From Candidatus Micrarchaeia archaeon (lineage in GTDB: Archaea > Micrarchaeota > Micrarchaeia > Norongarragalinales > UBA8480), in NCBI GenBank assembly GCA_039794045.1, contig JBAMLY010000002.1, positions 1 to 35,930 of the forward strand: DNA of 35,930 nt, read 5' to 3'. The notes below the pieces were generated by a model. The model ran no database searches. It had not been told where the DNA came from and saw nothing but the letters and a program-made list of their open reading frames with translations. Shown here piece by piece: positions 27,217 through 35,930 of the stretch; within the stretch, counting starts at the first letter, position 1, and the number at the start of each line of letters is the position of its first letter. Made by a program: the position numbers and the translations under genes.

Positions 27217-29973
27217 TTGTCTTTGTTGCTTGAACCTGAAGTTGTTGAACTCATCAGGAGCCGCGGCTTCGAGAAATTCACTGAAATACAGAAGAAGGCG
27301 GTTCCGCTGGCGGCTGAAGGAAGGAACTTGCTCGTGATAGCGCCGACTGGCCATGGCAAGACCGAAGCCGCTTTTTTTCCGGTTCTTTCAAAACTTGTTG
27401 CCCAAAAAAAGCTTGGCAACACAGCCGGCATTCAAGCTCTTTACATTACTCCCCTCAAGAGCTTGAACCGTGACATGCTCTCGCGCTTGTCGGCATGGTG
27501 CAGCGAGTTGGGGGTTTCGTTGGGCGTGCGGCACGGTGACACTCCAGCGAGCCAGCGCGCCAAGCAGAGGGACAACCCGCCCATGCTCGTGATTACTACT
27601 CCTGAAACGCTTGCTTCAATGCTCGTCGCGCCCAAGCTCAGGGACGCGCTTTCCTTGGTTCGCAGCGTTATAGTTGACGAGGTTCACGAGCTCGTTGAAA
27701 GCAAGCGCGGCCTCCAACTCGCGCTTTCTTTGGAGCGTTTGCGAGAGCGTTGCGGCGGATTTCAAGTCATTGGCTTGAGCGCCACGGTGGGAAGCGAGGG
27801 AGAAGCCGCGCGCTTTCTTTCTGGCGATGCGGTGGTGGTGAAGGACGAGCGCGCTCGCGAACTGCATCTTTCCGTTGAGTTTCCAGCGGAAAGCGAGGGA
27901 GAGGTGGCGAGCGCTAAAGTGCAGCGAATCAAGCAACTTATTTTGTCGCACAAGAAGACGCTCGTGTTCGTGAACACTCGTTCTTTTGCTGAAAGCCTTG
28001 GTTCGCTTTTGATGCGTTGTCCTGATTTGAAGGACTTGGTGGCAGTGCATCACTCTTCGCTTTCAAAGGAAGCGCGCATTGAAACCGAGGAAAAGTTTAA
28101 GGCCGGTAACTTGAAGGCAATCATTTGCACTTCTTCTCTTGAGTTAGGCATTGACGTTGGAGACGTGGACTTGGTGGTTCAATACGTTTCGCCTCGCCAG
28201 GTGAGTCGTTTTCTGCAGCGTGTGGGACGCAGCGGGCACAGGACGCACTTGGTTCCCGTGGGAGAACTCGTCGCAGTTGACTTCATGGACTGCGTGGAGT
28301 GCTGCGTTATCGCGAAGAGGGCGCGGGAAGGACTTTTGGAGCCGCTTTCATTGCGCGCGAACGCCTTAGATGTTTTGGCGCACTTCATTGCGGGCTGCGC
28401 GCTCGACAAGCCAGGAGTTTCAGTCGAAGAAGTATTTTCTCTCGCGCGCAAGGCTTGGGCTTTTTCGTCGCTTTCGAGGAGCAACTTCGACCGCGTTTTG
28501 AGTCAGCTTTCATTGCAGCGCACGATATCGTTGCGTGATGGACGCATTTTCAAGAGCTTGCGCACGCTGTTGTACTACTACGAAAACTTGAGCATGATTC
28601 CCGACGAGAAGCGGTTCTTCGTTTTCGATGCTGGCGCGCGCAAGAACGTTGGAATCCTGCACGAGGAATTCGTGGCTGACTTGCGAGAAGGCTCGGTTTT
28701 CATCGCGCGCGGCAGGCCTTGGAGGGTTTTAAGCGTCTCGGAAGACCGAGTAGTGGTTGAGCCAAGCGAGGACTTGGCGGCAGCCATTCCTGAGTGGGAG
28801 GGCGAGCAAATTCCTGTTCCAGGCGAGGTTGCGCGAGAGGCAGGAGAACTTATTTACTTGTTGTTGAACACTTCAAATGCAGAATTAAAGCGTTCTTTTT
28901 GTGCTTCCGAGGAGGCAGCAGATAGAATGCGGCGCTTTGCTTACAAGCAAAAACAGTTTTTTCTTCCTTCCGCGAGGATAATGGTTGCCGAGGAATTCGA
29001 GCGCTTCATAGTCTTGCACTCGTTTGCTGGAACGAAGGCGAATGACTCTCTCGCCCGAATTCTTTCTGCACTGCTTACTTCCCAGTTAGGCGCTCCCGTG
29101 CGCGCCCGCCCTTCAGCTTACGCAATATTGTTTGAGTTCTCGAAAAAGTTTTCCGCCGAAAAGTTTCTCGCAGTTCTTGAAGGTATTTCTCCTGAAGCGG
29201 CTTCCCGCGTTCTCCTAGCTTCGCTTGCCAACTCTTCCATGCTTCGTTTTCGCTTCGTTCACGTCGCAAAACGCTTTGGGCTTCTGAGAAAAAATTTTGA
29301 TGCGAGAGCAGTCAGCTTAAAGCGCCTCTTCGAGTTGCACAAGAACTCTCCGGTCATGGAAGAGGCGGTGGCTGAAGTGCTGCACGAGAAACTGGCTTTG
29401 AGCGACCTCAAGCAAATTCTTTCAGACATTCAAGGGCGTAGGATTCACTTGCAGGTGTGGGACGCTGACGCGAGGGGGCTTTCTCCTCTCGGGCGCGAGT
29501 TCATGGAGTTCGGTGGCTTTGCCGAGCTTTTCGCGCCGCCTGAGCCTACTGCGCAACTAGTTCAAATCTTTAAGGACAATTTGTTGGAGAAAACGGTTTC
29601 ATTGGTTTGCACTAATTGCGCGAAACAGTTTTCCGTTCGGCTGGCGTCTTTGAATGAAAAGCCTTTGTGTCCTTACTGTGGTTCTGACCAGCTTTCGCTG
29701 GAAAGGTACGGGGGAGCGGTAGTGGCGCGGGCTAGGGAACGCCGCAAGTTGAATGCGCGCGAGAAGGCCTGCTTGCGGGAGGCGTTGCGCGTGGCCTCCT
29801 TGGTTTCGGCGTACGGGAGAAAGGCGTTGTTGGCTTTGGAGACTTACGGGGTTGGCCCCGAGGGCGCAGCCCGAGTGCTGAAGAAAATGAGGCGCTCAGA
29901 AGAAGATTTTTACAGGGACTTGCTTGAGTCGCAGAAGACGTTCGTGCGCACGCGGCGTTATTGGAGGGCGTGA
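27217..29973 (+). CDS. lhr: Lhr-family SF2 DEAD/DEAH helicase with C-terminal Zn ribbon
   Basis: APTGHGKT, YITPLKSLNRD, RHGDT, TTPE, DEVHEL...KRG, LSAT, HHSSLS, TSSLELGIDVG, QRVGRSGH, SMIPD; CTNC...CPYC. Confidence 0.95.
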   Translation: MSLLLEPEVVELIRSRGFEKFTEIQKKAVPLAAEGRNLLVIAPTGHGKTEAAFFPVLSKLVAQKKLGNTAGIQALYITPLKSLNRDMLSRLSAWCSELGVSLGVRHGDTPASQRAKQRDNPPMLVITTPETLASMLVAPKLRDALSLVRSVIVDEVHELVESKRGLQLALSLERLRERCGGFQVIGLSATVGSEGEAARFLSGDAVVVKDERARELHLSVEFPAESEGEVASAKVQRIKQLILSHKKTLVFVNTRSFAESLGSLLMRCPDLKDLVAVHHSSLSKEARIETEEKFKAGNLKAIICTSSLELGIDVGDVDLVVQYVSPRQVSRFLQRVGRSGHRTHLVPVGELVAVDFMDCVECCVIAKRAREGLLEPLSLRANALDVLAHFIAGCALDKPGVSVEEVFSLARKAWAFSSLSRSNFDRVLSQLSLQRTISLRDGRIFKSLRTLLYYYENLSMIPDEKRFFVFDAGARKNVGILHEEFVADLREGSVFIARGRPWRVLSVSEDRVVVEPSEDLAAAIPEWEGEQIPVPGEVAREAGELIYLLLNTSNAELKRSFCASEEAADRMRRFAYKQKQFFLPSARIMVAEEFERFIVLHSFAGTKANDSLARILSALLTSQLGAPVRARPSAYAILFEFSKKFSAEKFLAVLEGISPEAASRVLLASLANSSMLRFRFVHVAKRFGLLRKNFDARAVSLKRLFELHKNSPVMEEAVAEVLHEKLALSDLKQILSDIQGRRIHLQVWDADARGLSPLGREFMEFGGFAELFAPPEPTAQLVQIFKDNLLEKTVSLVCTNCAKQFSVRLASLNEKPLCPYCGSDQLSLERYGGAVVARARERRKLNAREKACLREALRVASLVSAYGRKALLALETYGVGPEGAARVLKKMRRSEEDFYRDLLESQKTFVRTRRYWRA

Positions 29974-30022
29974 CCTGAAATCATTTTTAATTGCCGTTGC
30001 TTTTATTGGGTTGTGGTTAGTC

Positions 30023-30370
30023 ATGCAAGTTTTAGAGAAGAAATTGTTTACGGCTTTGCTTCTCGCTGTGTTGGTGGTGCTGGGGGGCGGCTTCGTGTAC
30101 CATGCTCTCGAGCAGTGGAGTTGGATTGATTCTTTTTACTTTGCTTCAGCGACGGTTACCACTGTCGGTTTTGGCGACTTGCGTCCAACGCATGAGGCGA
30201 CGAAGATTTTCACGATTTTTTACATGTTTACTGGAATTTCCATAGTTTTTTATGCTATTACTGCTTTCGGGGAGTGGTACATAGAGCGTTACGCGGCTCG
30301 TCGGGCATTCAATCCAAGGGATGCTATCAAGCTCTTGAAGGAAAAAAAGGGAAGCTCGCAACAAGAATAG
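30023..30370 (+). CDS. Minimal 2-TM potassium channel (pore only)
   Basis: WSWIDSFYF pore helix and TTVGFGD filter flanked by two TM helices. ATG 30023 preferred over track start 29924, which overlaps lhr. Confidence 0.92.
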   Translation: MQVLEKKLFTALLLAVLVVLGGGFVYHALEQWSWIDSFYFASATVTTVGFGDLRPTHEATKIFTIFYMFTGISIVFYAITAFGEWYIERYAARRAFNPRDAIKLLKEKKGSSQQE

Positions 30371-30382
30371 CAATTGGCGTTT

Positions 30383-31498
30383 TTAGAGGCTCCAAGTTTT
30401 CTCTGAGAGAATTTTTTTTGCGCGTGGCAGGGTCTTCTTCTTTTTTTCCTGGAAGTTTTTAAGGTAGGAAACAACTTTTTCTGCGACTTCTTCCTTGCAG
30501 GCTCCGCAGCTTATGGCGCCGCTCAGGCAGCGTTGCTGGAAGTCGTGGAGCGCCTTGTCGTCTTCCTCGAAGTGAAAGTACATCAGCTCGTGCACGACGC
30601 ACTTCTGTATTTCTCCGCCGAGGCGGCGTTGTTCTTCGGCCGTGGCCCTGCCTCCGGTGAGCGCGCGCTTTATTTTTTTCTTTACCAGTTCTGGGTCGTC
30701 TCTGAGGGAGATGACATTCATTGGGTCGCGCTTGCTCATTTTAGTGGTGCCGTCGAGGCTGCGGAAGAAGCGGTGGTACGTCGCGCAAGGCAAAACAAAC
30801 GATGAATTGATTTTTTGGGTTAAGTCTCTGGTGAGCCTAATGTGGGGGTCTTGGTCTGCGCCGACTGGCACCCACACGTTTTTTGGGCCTCCGAACTCGC
30901 TTAACTGTGGTTGGAGAATGTCTCCTACTTGAGTGAACGCAGCGAAGTAAAGCCCAAGGTTTTGGTGTCCGTATAAGGCTTCAAGGGTAGCCATAGTGGT
31001 TTTCCTTGCGGCGAGAAAAGCTAGGTTGGAGACGTTCTTGTTCTCGCTTTGCTTGTAAATTAGTGCGTTGTCTTCGTCTAAGCCAAGGGCAAGCAAGTCA
31101 GCAATGTTTTCTGCTGCGAATGCGTGGCTGTCTTCCAGTGACTGGTTGTTGTCCGCGAGGGCTTCTAAGTCAGCGATGCAGTAGAACACTCTAGCCTTAA
31201 ATGCTTTTTGCGCGAAAACTATTTGTTCTGCTGTGAGCTTGCTTCCCAAGTGAAAGTCGCCGCTTGGCTTTATACCACTCATTATCGCGAGCTTCTTGTT
31301 TTTCTCGTGCGCGTCCAAGAACTTGTCGAAGTCCCTGTGCGCGAATATTATGCCGCGGCGCCAGAGTCTGTTTTGGAAGGGCAAGCGCCCCAAAATTTTT
31401 TCGTTGACGTGCTGGAGCCCGAACTCATTGAACAAGCCCTCGTAGTCTTTGGGTAACTCGTTTCCCCACGGGTTCAAGCGCTCGTGTTTTTCAGTCAA
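30383..31498 (-). CDS. trpS: Tryptophan--tRNA ligase, archaeal type
   Basis: RRGIIFAHRD, GIKPSGDFHLGS (HIGH-like), VPVGADQDPHIRLTRD, KMSK, TGGR...EQRRLGG, CGACK. In-frame TTG 31498 follows AGGTGA (track start 31510). Confidence 0.96.
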   Translation of the reverse strand: MTEKHERLNPWGNELPKDYEGLFNEFGLQHVNEKILGRLPFQNRLWRRGIIFAHRDFDKFLDAHEKNKKLAIMSGIKPSGDFHLGSKLTAEQIVFAQKAFKARVFYCIADLEALADNNQSLEDSHAFAAENIADLLALGLDEDNALIYKQSENKNVSNLAFLAARKTTMATLEALYGHQNLGLYFAAFTQVGDILQPQLSEFGGPKNVWVPVGADQDPHIRLTRDLTQKINSSFVLPCATYHRFFRSLDGTTKMSKRDPMNVISLRDDPELVKKKIKRALTGGRATAEEQRRLGGEIQKCVVHELMYFHFEEDDKALHDFQQRCLSGAISCGACKEEVAEKVVSYLKNFQEKKKKTLPRAKKILSEKTWSL

Positions 31499-31575
31499 AA
31501 AAAGAATCACCTTTCAACTATTGAAGCAAAACTATTTTTAAATCGCTTTTCCTTTTTCTTTTTCAGGGTTTTAGA

Positions 31576-31842
31576 GTGGCTGACAAGCATTCGTTTGTAG
31601 TTCGCAACAATGAGAGCACAGGGTGCCTTGAAGTAAGCGATGAAACTATTACGCTGAAGTTGGACGGAACCGTGAACATCAAGCGCAATTACGTTGCCTC
31701 GCTTGAAAAGACTTCGGACCTCGCTTTGGGTAGAGTGGCGGCCGTTTTGTATTACTACGACATGTTCGGCAACCGCGAAAGCGTTTCTTTCGTGACAAGC
31801 GAAGCTGACTTTCGCGCTCTCAAAAAACTTTTCGGCAAGTAA
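31576..31842 (+). CDS. Small hypothetical protein, possibly PH-like fold
   Basis: 88 aa; run of short beta-strands (GCLEVSDETITL, VNIKRNYVASLE) ending in one amphipathic helix. Confidence 0.6.
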   Translation: MADKHSFVVRNNESTGCLEVSDETITLKLDGTVNIKRNYVASLEKTSDLALGRVAAVLYYYDMFGNRESVSFVTSEADFRALKKLFGK

Positions 31843-31859
31843 GCGGGAGGCGAGACAAG

Positions 31860-33896
31860 TTGAGGCATTCTAGTACAGTGCTATTATTGTTTTTGTTGTT
31901 TTCCTGCGTTCCAGCGGCGGCTTTGAGTGAAATGAGGGTTCCCGCGGTTGGTTCCTCTCGCGAGGGAATAATGACTTTGATTTCCGTTGAAGCGCAGCCT
32001 GGCAGTGGAAAGATTGGAGTGGAAATAAGTCCGCTCGTGAGCGTGGAAACGCAGGAATCAATTCGTGCGGCGGTGGAGGCAGCTGCTTTAACTGCAGGCA
32101 AGAACCTTTCTTTGTTTGACTTGCGGTTCTCAATCAGCGCTGACGCTTCTTCTGTGGACGGCCCTTCTGGGGGTGCGGCGATGGCATTGCTTGCTTACGC
32201 CGAGCTCTCAGGCAAAAAACTGCGTTCAGACGTTACTGCGAGCGGAACGATTGATTCCGATGGAACGATGGGGAGAGTGGGCGGAGTCAGGGAAAAACTA
32301 GAGGCTGCGGCGGCAGACGGCATCGCCTTGTTTTTGCTTGCCCGCGGGCAAAGCGCTTCAGATGATTTCGACTACGTGGAATATGGCGGGGTTTTATCCA
32401 ATGGTTCAATGCAGGTGATAGAAGTTTCTTCTTTGAAGGAAGCCGCGGAATACGCTTTCACTCCGACTGGCTCGAGGATTTCAGGCGTTCCCGGCAAGGC
32501 GCTCTTGGACTTGAACGTCAGCAAAATAGTTCCGTCCGAGTCAGAGCTTCTTTTGAGGGAGTTGGCAGAGAAAGAAATTGCGGAAACGCGTTCCGCCATT
32601 GCTTTGCTGGATTTGGAGAACTTGACTGCCTGGCTGGGCGGCAAGGAAGCCGCGCAAGCAGTGATTCGCTCGTTGAACCGTTCGGTGGGCAACGCGCAAA
32701 CGCTTTTTGAGAACGGTTATTATTATAGCGCGGCAAACAATGCTTTCCTCGCCAGGGTAAGCATTCAAGCCATTCGGTTGGCTAACGCTAGCGACGACGA
32801 GTTCGCGGGAGAGCTTGACGCGTTGCGGGCGCGCATGGACTCCATAGCTTTTCCCGCGCTTACTCCAGAGAATTTGGAGTGGGTTGCTGCAGCGCAACTG
32901 CGTTACTATTGGGCTGCTTGGAAGCTGGAAGGTGTTGCAAACTCTTTCTATGAAGAGGAAGCGCCAGTGTCTCTTCTCGCGAAAGACTTGGCTACCGCGA
33001 GCGTTTGGCTTTCTGCTTCAGAGAAAATGGCTGCATCTGCTTTGAAGTCTCGGGGGGGAGCAAAGTACGACGAGTTCAACGCCCGCAATTACGCATCCAG
33101 GCTGTTGGATGATGCTGAGAATGCTGTAAAGCAAGCGAACGCTTCCGACGACGCCGAAATAGCGTGGCACTTGGAGGCAGCGCGCCTGGAATTTAGTGAC
33201 GCGGCTTACGTTGCTAGTTCTTTTGATTCTTCGTTTGTATTGGCTTACTGCAAGGCGTTAGTGGAAGGCAAGGGGAAGTCTGCCAAGCGCTTGCGGGCGT
33301 TGCTTGAAAACGAGTCTGCGTTGCCTGGTTTTGCTGGCTCTGGGTGGGCCGAGGCTTACTTTGCTCACTCTCTTTACAATGCGGAGGAAGCAAATCACAC
33401 TGGAGACAGTTCTAATTTGTTGAACGCGTTGAAGTTGCTTGAGCTTGCGCGGGCTTGGAAGGAAAACTCTGAAAAGCTTGCCATTGAATTGGTTTCGCCT
33501 TCCACACCTCCAAAGCGCTCTGAAACTGTTTCCACGCCTTCGCCGTCTCCCTCGCAGTCGAACGCTTCGCGGCAAATAGTAGTTGCTACTGCTGGATTGC
33601 AGCCGCCTGAAAAGCCTGGCGTTTTCGTTTTATTTATAGTGGTTGCAATCGTGGCAGGCGTGGCAATAGTTTTCGCTGTGTTTTTCGCTCGCTTGGCTGC
33701 TTACAAGAAGGCGTCAACGCAAGCGCCGCCAACTTCGCCAGAGCAAATGATTGAAAAACTTGATTTAGCGGTTGCGGAAGGCAGATTGAGCGAGCGCCTC
33801 TACGAAAAGCTTGTCGCGCGTTACGAGAAAAAAGCAAGGGAAGGCGTTGCCGCGAAACCGCGGAAAGAAACGCGCCGCAAGAAGGCAAGGATTTGA
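31860..33896 (+). CDS. Membrane-anchored archaeal S16 (Lon-like) serine protease, no ATPase domain
   Basis: Signal peptide; VDGPSGG (Ser) and VGGVREKLEAA (Lys) dyad; helical middle; Pro/Ser linker; C-terminal TM and basic tail. Confidence 0.92.
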   Translation: MRHSSTVLLLFLLFSCVPAAALSEMRVPAVGSSREGIMTLISVEAQPGSGKIGVEISPLVSVETQESIRAAVEAAALTAGKNLSLFDLRFSISADASSVDGPSGGAAMALLAYAELSGKKLRSDVTASGTIDSDGTMGRVGGVREKLEAAAADGIALFLLARGQSASDDFDYVEYGGVLSNGSMQVIEVSSLKEAAEYAFTPTGSRISGVPGKALLDLNVSKIVPSESELLLRELAEKEIAETRSAIALLDLENLTAWLGGKEAAQAVIRSLNRSVGNAQTLFENGYYYSAANNAFLARVSIQAIRLANASDDEFAGELDALRARMDSIAFPALTPENLEWVAAAQLRYYWAAWKLEGVANSFYEEEAPVSLLAKDLATASVWLSASEKMAASALKSRGGAKYDEFNARNYASRLLDDAENAVKQANASDDAEIAWHLEAARLEFSDAAYVASSFDSSFVLAYCKALVEGKGKSAKRLRALLENESALPGFAGSGWAEAYFAHSLYNAEEANHTGDSSNLLNALKLLELARAWKENSEKLAIELVSPSTPPKRSETVSTPSPSPSQSNASRQIVVATAGLQPPEKPGVFVLFIVVAIVAGVAIVFAVFFARLAAYKKASTQAPPTSPEQMIEKLDLAVAEGRLSERLYEKLVARYEKKAREGVAAKPRKETRRKKARI

Positions 33897-33907
33897 ATAA
33901 CTACGGC

Positions 33908-34126
33908 TTAGCCGAGTATGGCTCCCGCTGACTTGGTTGGGTTAATGTACAAGCGCGAGCCGCGCGGAATGTCGCAACTTGTTATTACTGAAATACTTTT
34001 GCCGTACTGTCCTTCCCTCAGCCATCCGCTTCCAGCGTATCCTTCCACTCCCGCTATTTTGACGCTGAACTGCGGTTTTTTCTGCGTTGCCTCTTCTTCT
34101 TGGAAGACGCTGTTTGCTTCACTCAT
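33908..34126 (-). CDS. Small hypothetical protein, DUF736/PC4-like pattern
   Basis: ATG 34126 after AAGGTGG; 72 aa with KKPQFSV...AGSGW...GKSISV. Confidence 0.65.
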   Translation of the reverse strand: MSEANSVFQEEEATQKKPQFSVKIAGVEGYAGSGWLREGQYGKSISVITSCDIPRGSRLYINPTKSAGAILG

Positions 34127-34208
34127 TCTCAAACCACCTTTTTTTACTCCATGCGAATTTTTCCGTGCTTCGTCCAAACTATTTTCGTTTCGCCTTCAAC
34201 TCCTGCGC

Positions 34209-34328
34209 TCAACACGCTTGAAGCACTACTTTTCTTCCTGTTTTTGAGATGTATTCTACTTCACAGGAAAGCATTTGCACGAGGCGCTCTAACTCTTTGT
34301 AAGGCATTTTCGTGACGTCGTACTGCAA
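34209..34328 (-). CDS. Unlisted 39-aa small ORF
   Basis: TTG 34328 preceded by GAGGTGG and a TATA-like TTTTATAC (~34378-34371); MQYDVTKMPYKELERLVQMLSCEVEYISKTGRKVVLQAC. Confidence 0.5.
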   Translation of the reverse strand: MQYDVTKMPYKELERLVQMLSCEVEYISKTGRKVVLQAC

Positions 34329-34462
34329 TCCAACCACCTCTTCCTCTCTCTTAAAGCGTGAAAAACAAGAGTATAAAAGCAATGAGAAGGAGAGTTGCTT
34401 TCCAGTGAAGCTTTTCTTCCAGTGTGCTTGGGGAGGGCGTGCGGGAATGGAGTGGACGCGCT

Positions 34463-35119
34463 TTACGCGGTTTTGCTTGGCTTGAAGCCTTGAGCGCCTT
34501 TGAGGGGAACGAAGAGCACGAGAGAGAGCGGCGAAACCACTTGTTTTCCCTCAATTTTTTGCACGAGCAACAGTTTTTGTGGTGGCGTTGCGCCAACCGG
34601 CGCAACCATTTTCCCGCCTTCCATTAACTGTTCGAAGAGCGCGGGCGGAATGGCTGGCGCGGCCGCAGTAACCATTATTCTGTGGAATGGCGCCTTGCTT
34701 TTTAAGCCCAGGGAACCGTCGGCGAGAAATACTTCAACGTTGCCGTAGCCTCCTAGTTTTTGTTTTGCGTAATCGTACAAGGCGGCGTTGCTTTCCACCG
34801 TGAAAACTCTTCCTTTTCCGCCCACACATTGGGCGAGTATGGCGGCTTGGTATCCGCTTCCACTACCTATTTCGAGTACCTTCATTCCCGGACGCGCGTC
34901 CAACGCTTCAGTCATTAAAGCTACTATGGAGGGAGCTGAAATGGTTTGTCCTTGCGTGGTTGGAAGGGGGCGGTCCTCGTACGCTAAGTCCTTCAGTGAC
35001 GCTGGAACGAAGTCGGCGCGGTCTACTCTCAGGAAGGCTTTCGTGGCGCGCTTGCTTTTCAGGAGTCCTTGTTCGCGCAGGCGCTCCACCATTAACGCGT
35101 TAGACTGCATGAGCCCCAT
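34463..35119 (-). CDS. pcm: Protein-L-isoaspartate O-methyltransferase
   Basis: VDRADFVP, AYEDRPLP, GQTISAP, VLEIGSGSGYQAA, DGSLG...APF.RI.VTAA, GGKMVAPVG, FVPL. Confidence 0.96.
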   Translation of the reverse strand: MGLMQSNALMVERLREQGLLKSKRATKAFLRVDRADFVPASLKDLAYEDRPLPTTQGQTISAPSIVALMTEALDARPGMKVLEIGSGSGYQAAILAQCVGGKGRVFTVESNAALYDYAKQKLGGYGNVEVFLADGSLGLKSKAPFHRIMVTAAAPAIPPALFEQLMEGGKMVAPVGATPPQKLLLVQKIEGKQVVSPLSLVLFVPLKGAQGFKPSKTA

Positions 35120-35694
35120 CAGTATTTGACGAGCGTTTCAATGCTTTTCGCGAGCGTCTTCGCCCGAATTTCGTCCTGGCTTGCTATCGAAGCTCGCGTC
35201 TGCGGCCTTCCGTCAGGCGAAGCCATTTGCCACAAACGAATTATTACGAGTGGATCTTTGCAGAAAAGCACGTAAGGCTGGTTTTGGTGGAACAACTGGT
35301 TAAACCAGTTCAGCAAGCGCTTTTCTATTCCGAGCGAGAACAAGCCATAAGCACTCAAAGAAAAAGTGGGAAGCTTTTTTTCTATGAACACGCGCGTAAT
35401 GCGCGCCCGCGCGACCTCTAGATTAGAATTTATTACCAGCGTTTTTTCTGGAGAGCGAGCCATCAGCAAGTCAAAAGAAGAAAGCATTAACAGCACGAGA
35501 ATGCGGTAAAAAAGAACGGGGAGAACAGTTACAAGCAATACGTATCCAGTCAAGGGAAGCAGTTCGGTTACTGTGAACACGCCCAAGACTGCTGAAGCTA
35601 TGGCGACAGCGAAACCCCCTGCCAACAAGCTCGCCTCTATAAACGAATCGTTTTCCAGGAGCGAGATGATGGCTTTAAAGATTACTGCAATCAT
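35119..35694 (-). CDS. Hypothetical membrane protein
   Basis: 191 aa with 2-3 N-terminal hydrophobic helices; its TGA overlaps the pcm ATG (TGATG). Confidence 0.75.
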   Translation of the reverse strand: MIAVIFKAIISLLENDSFIEASLLAGGFAVAIASAVLGVFTVTELLPLTGYVLLVTVLPVLFYRILVLLMLSSFDLLMARSPEKTLVINSNLEVARARITRVFIEKKLPTFSLSAYGLFSLGIEKRLLNWFNQLFHQNQPYVLFCKDPLVIIRLWQMASPDGRPQTRASIASQDEIRAKTLAKSIETLVKY

Positions 35695-35821
35695 TTGTCT
35701 GCGCCTTCTCCCTCTAAAGTGGAAGAATAAGTTTTAACTCGTTTTTATTGCTTTTGCCGTCCCAAACGCTCTACGCAACAATGTTTTTAAATGGTTTCAA
35801 GGATTCTCATGGGTTTGACTC

Positions 35822-35930
35822 ATGCTTTCGCGTGTTCTAGTCCTGTCCTGCCTCGCTTTTCTTGCTTTATTCGCTTCCGCGGCGTGCGCGAGAGCCCCAA
35901 CATTAGATTGGGTGCAAGCAGTCGGCGGAG
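35822..35930 (+). CDS. 5' fragment of a secreted protein (runs off the window)
   Basis: MLSRVLVLSCLAFLALFASAACARAPTLDWVQAVGG: signal peptide, then LxW...GG as seen at the start of PQQ-like beta-propellers. Confidence 0.6.
   Translation, partial: MLSRVLVLSCLAFLALFASAACARAPTLDWVQAVGG

Noticed and set aside
1..35930. CRISPR array, IS element, rRNA or provirus
   Set aside because: No regularly spaced direct repeats, transposase, integrase, capsid or rRNA motifs were found by eye.

Overview
A 36-kb, gene-dense archaeal chromosome segment, most consistent with a DPANN (Micrarchaeota-like) organism. The support is archaeal-type ProRS and TrpRS, ribosomal protein eS26, tRNAs without encoded CCA, a BHB-type tRNA intron, and frequent TTG/GTG starts with GGTG(A)-type SD motifs; the taxonomy is inference. 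Housekeeping content: proS, a metallophosphoesterase, eS26, an APC permease, cutA, an MBL nuclease, trxB, a histidine phosphatase, pyk, bacterial-type metK, an HTH-CBS regulator, an Lhr helicase, two K+-channel-family genes, trpS, an S16 protease and pcm. There are three tRNAs: Val-CAC, Ile-GAT, and Glu-CTC with a ~93-nt D-loop intron. The best candidate for a new system is a three-gene minus-strand cassette (25300->19660). It encodes a membrane-anchored 644-aa protein, a secreted 1104-aa protein with a hydrophobic mid-segment and a C-terminal kinase-like domain with WNK-style lysine placement, and a translationally coupled ~128-aa cytosolic protein, i.e. a polymorphic-toxin/immunity-like layout. 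Other oddities are a PRTase-like protein split by a ~290-aa insertion, a ~1735-aa secreted repeat protein, a cupredoxin with Glu in place of the axial Met, an RCK channel lacking its selectivity filter and coupled to a degenerate riboflavin-synthase homolog, and a possible SAM-sensing regulator divergent from metK. No CRISPR array, integrase or transposase was seen. All family calls are by-eye motif recognition; no searches were run.
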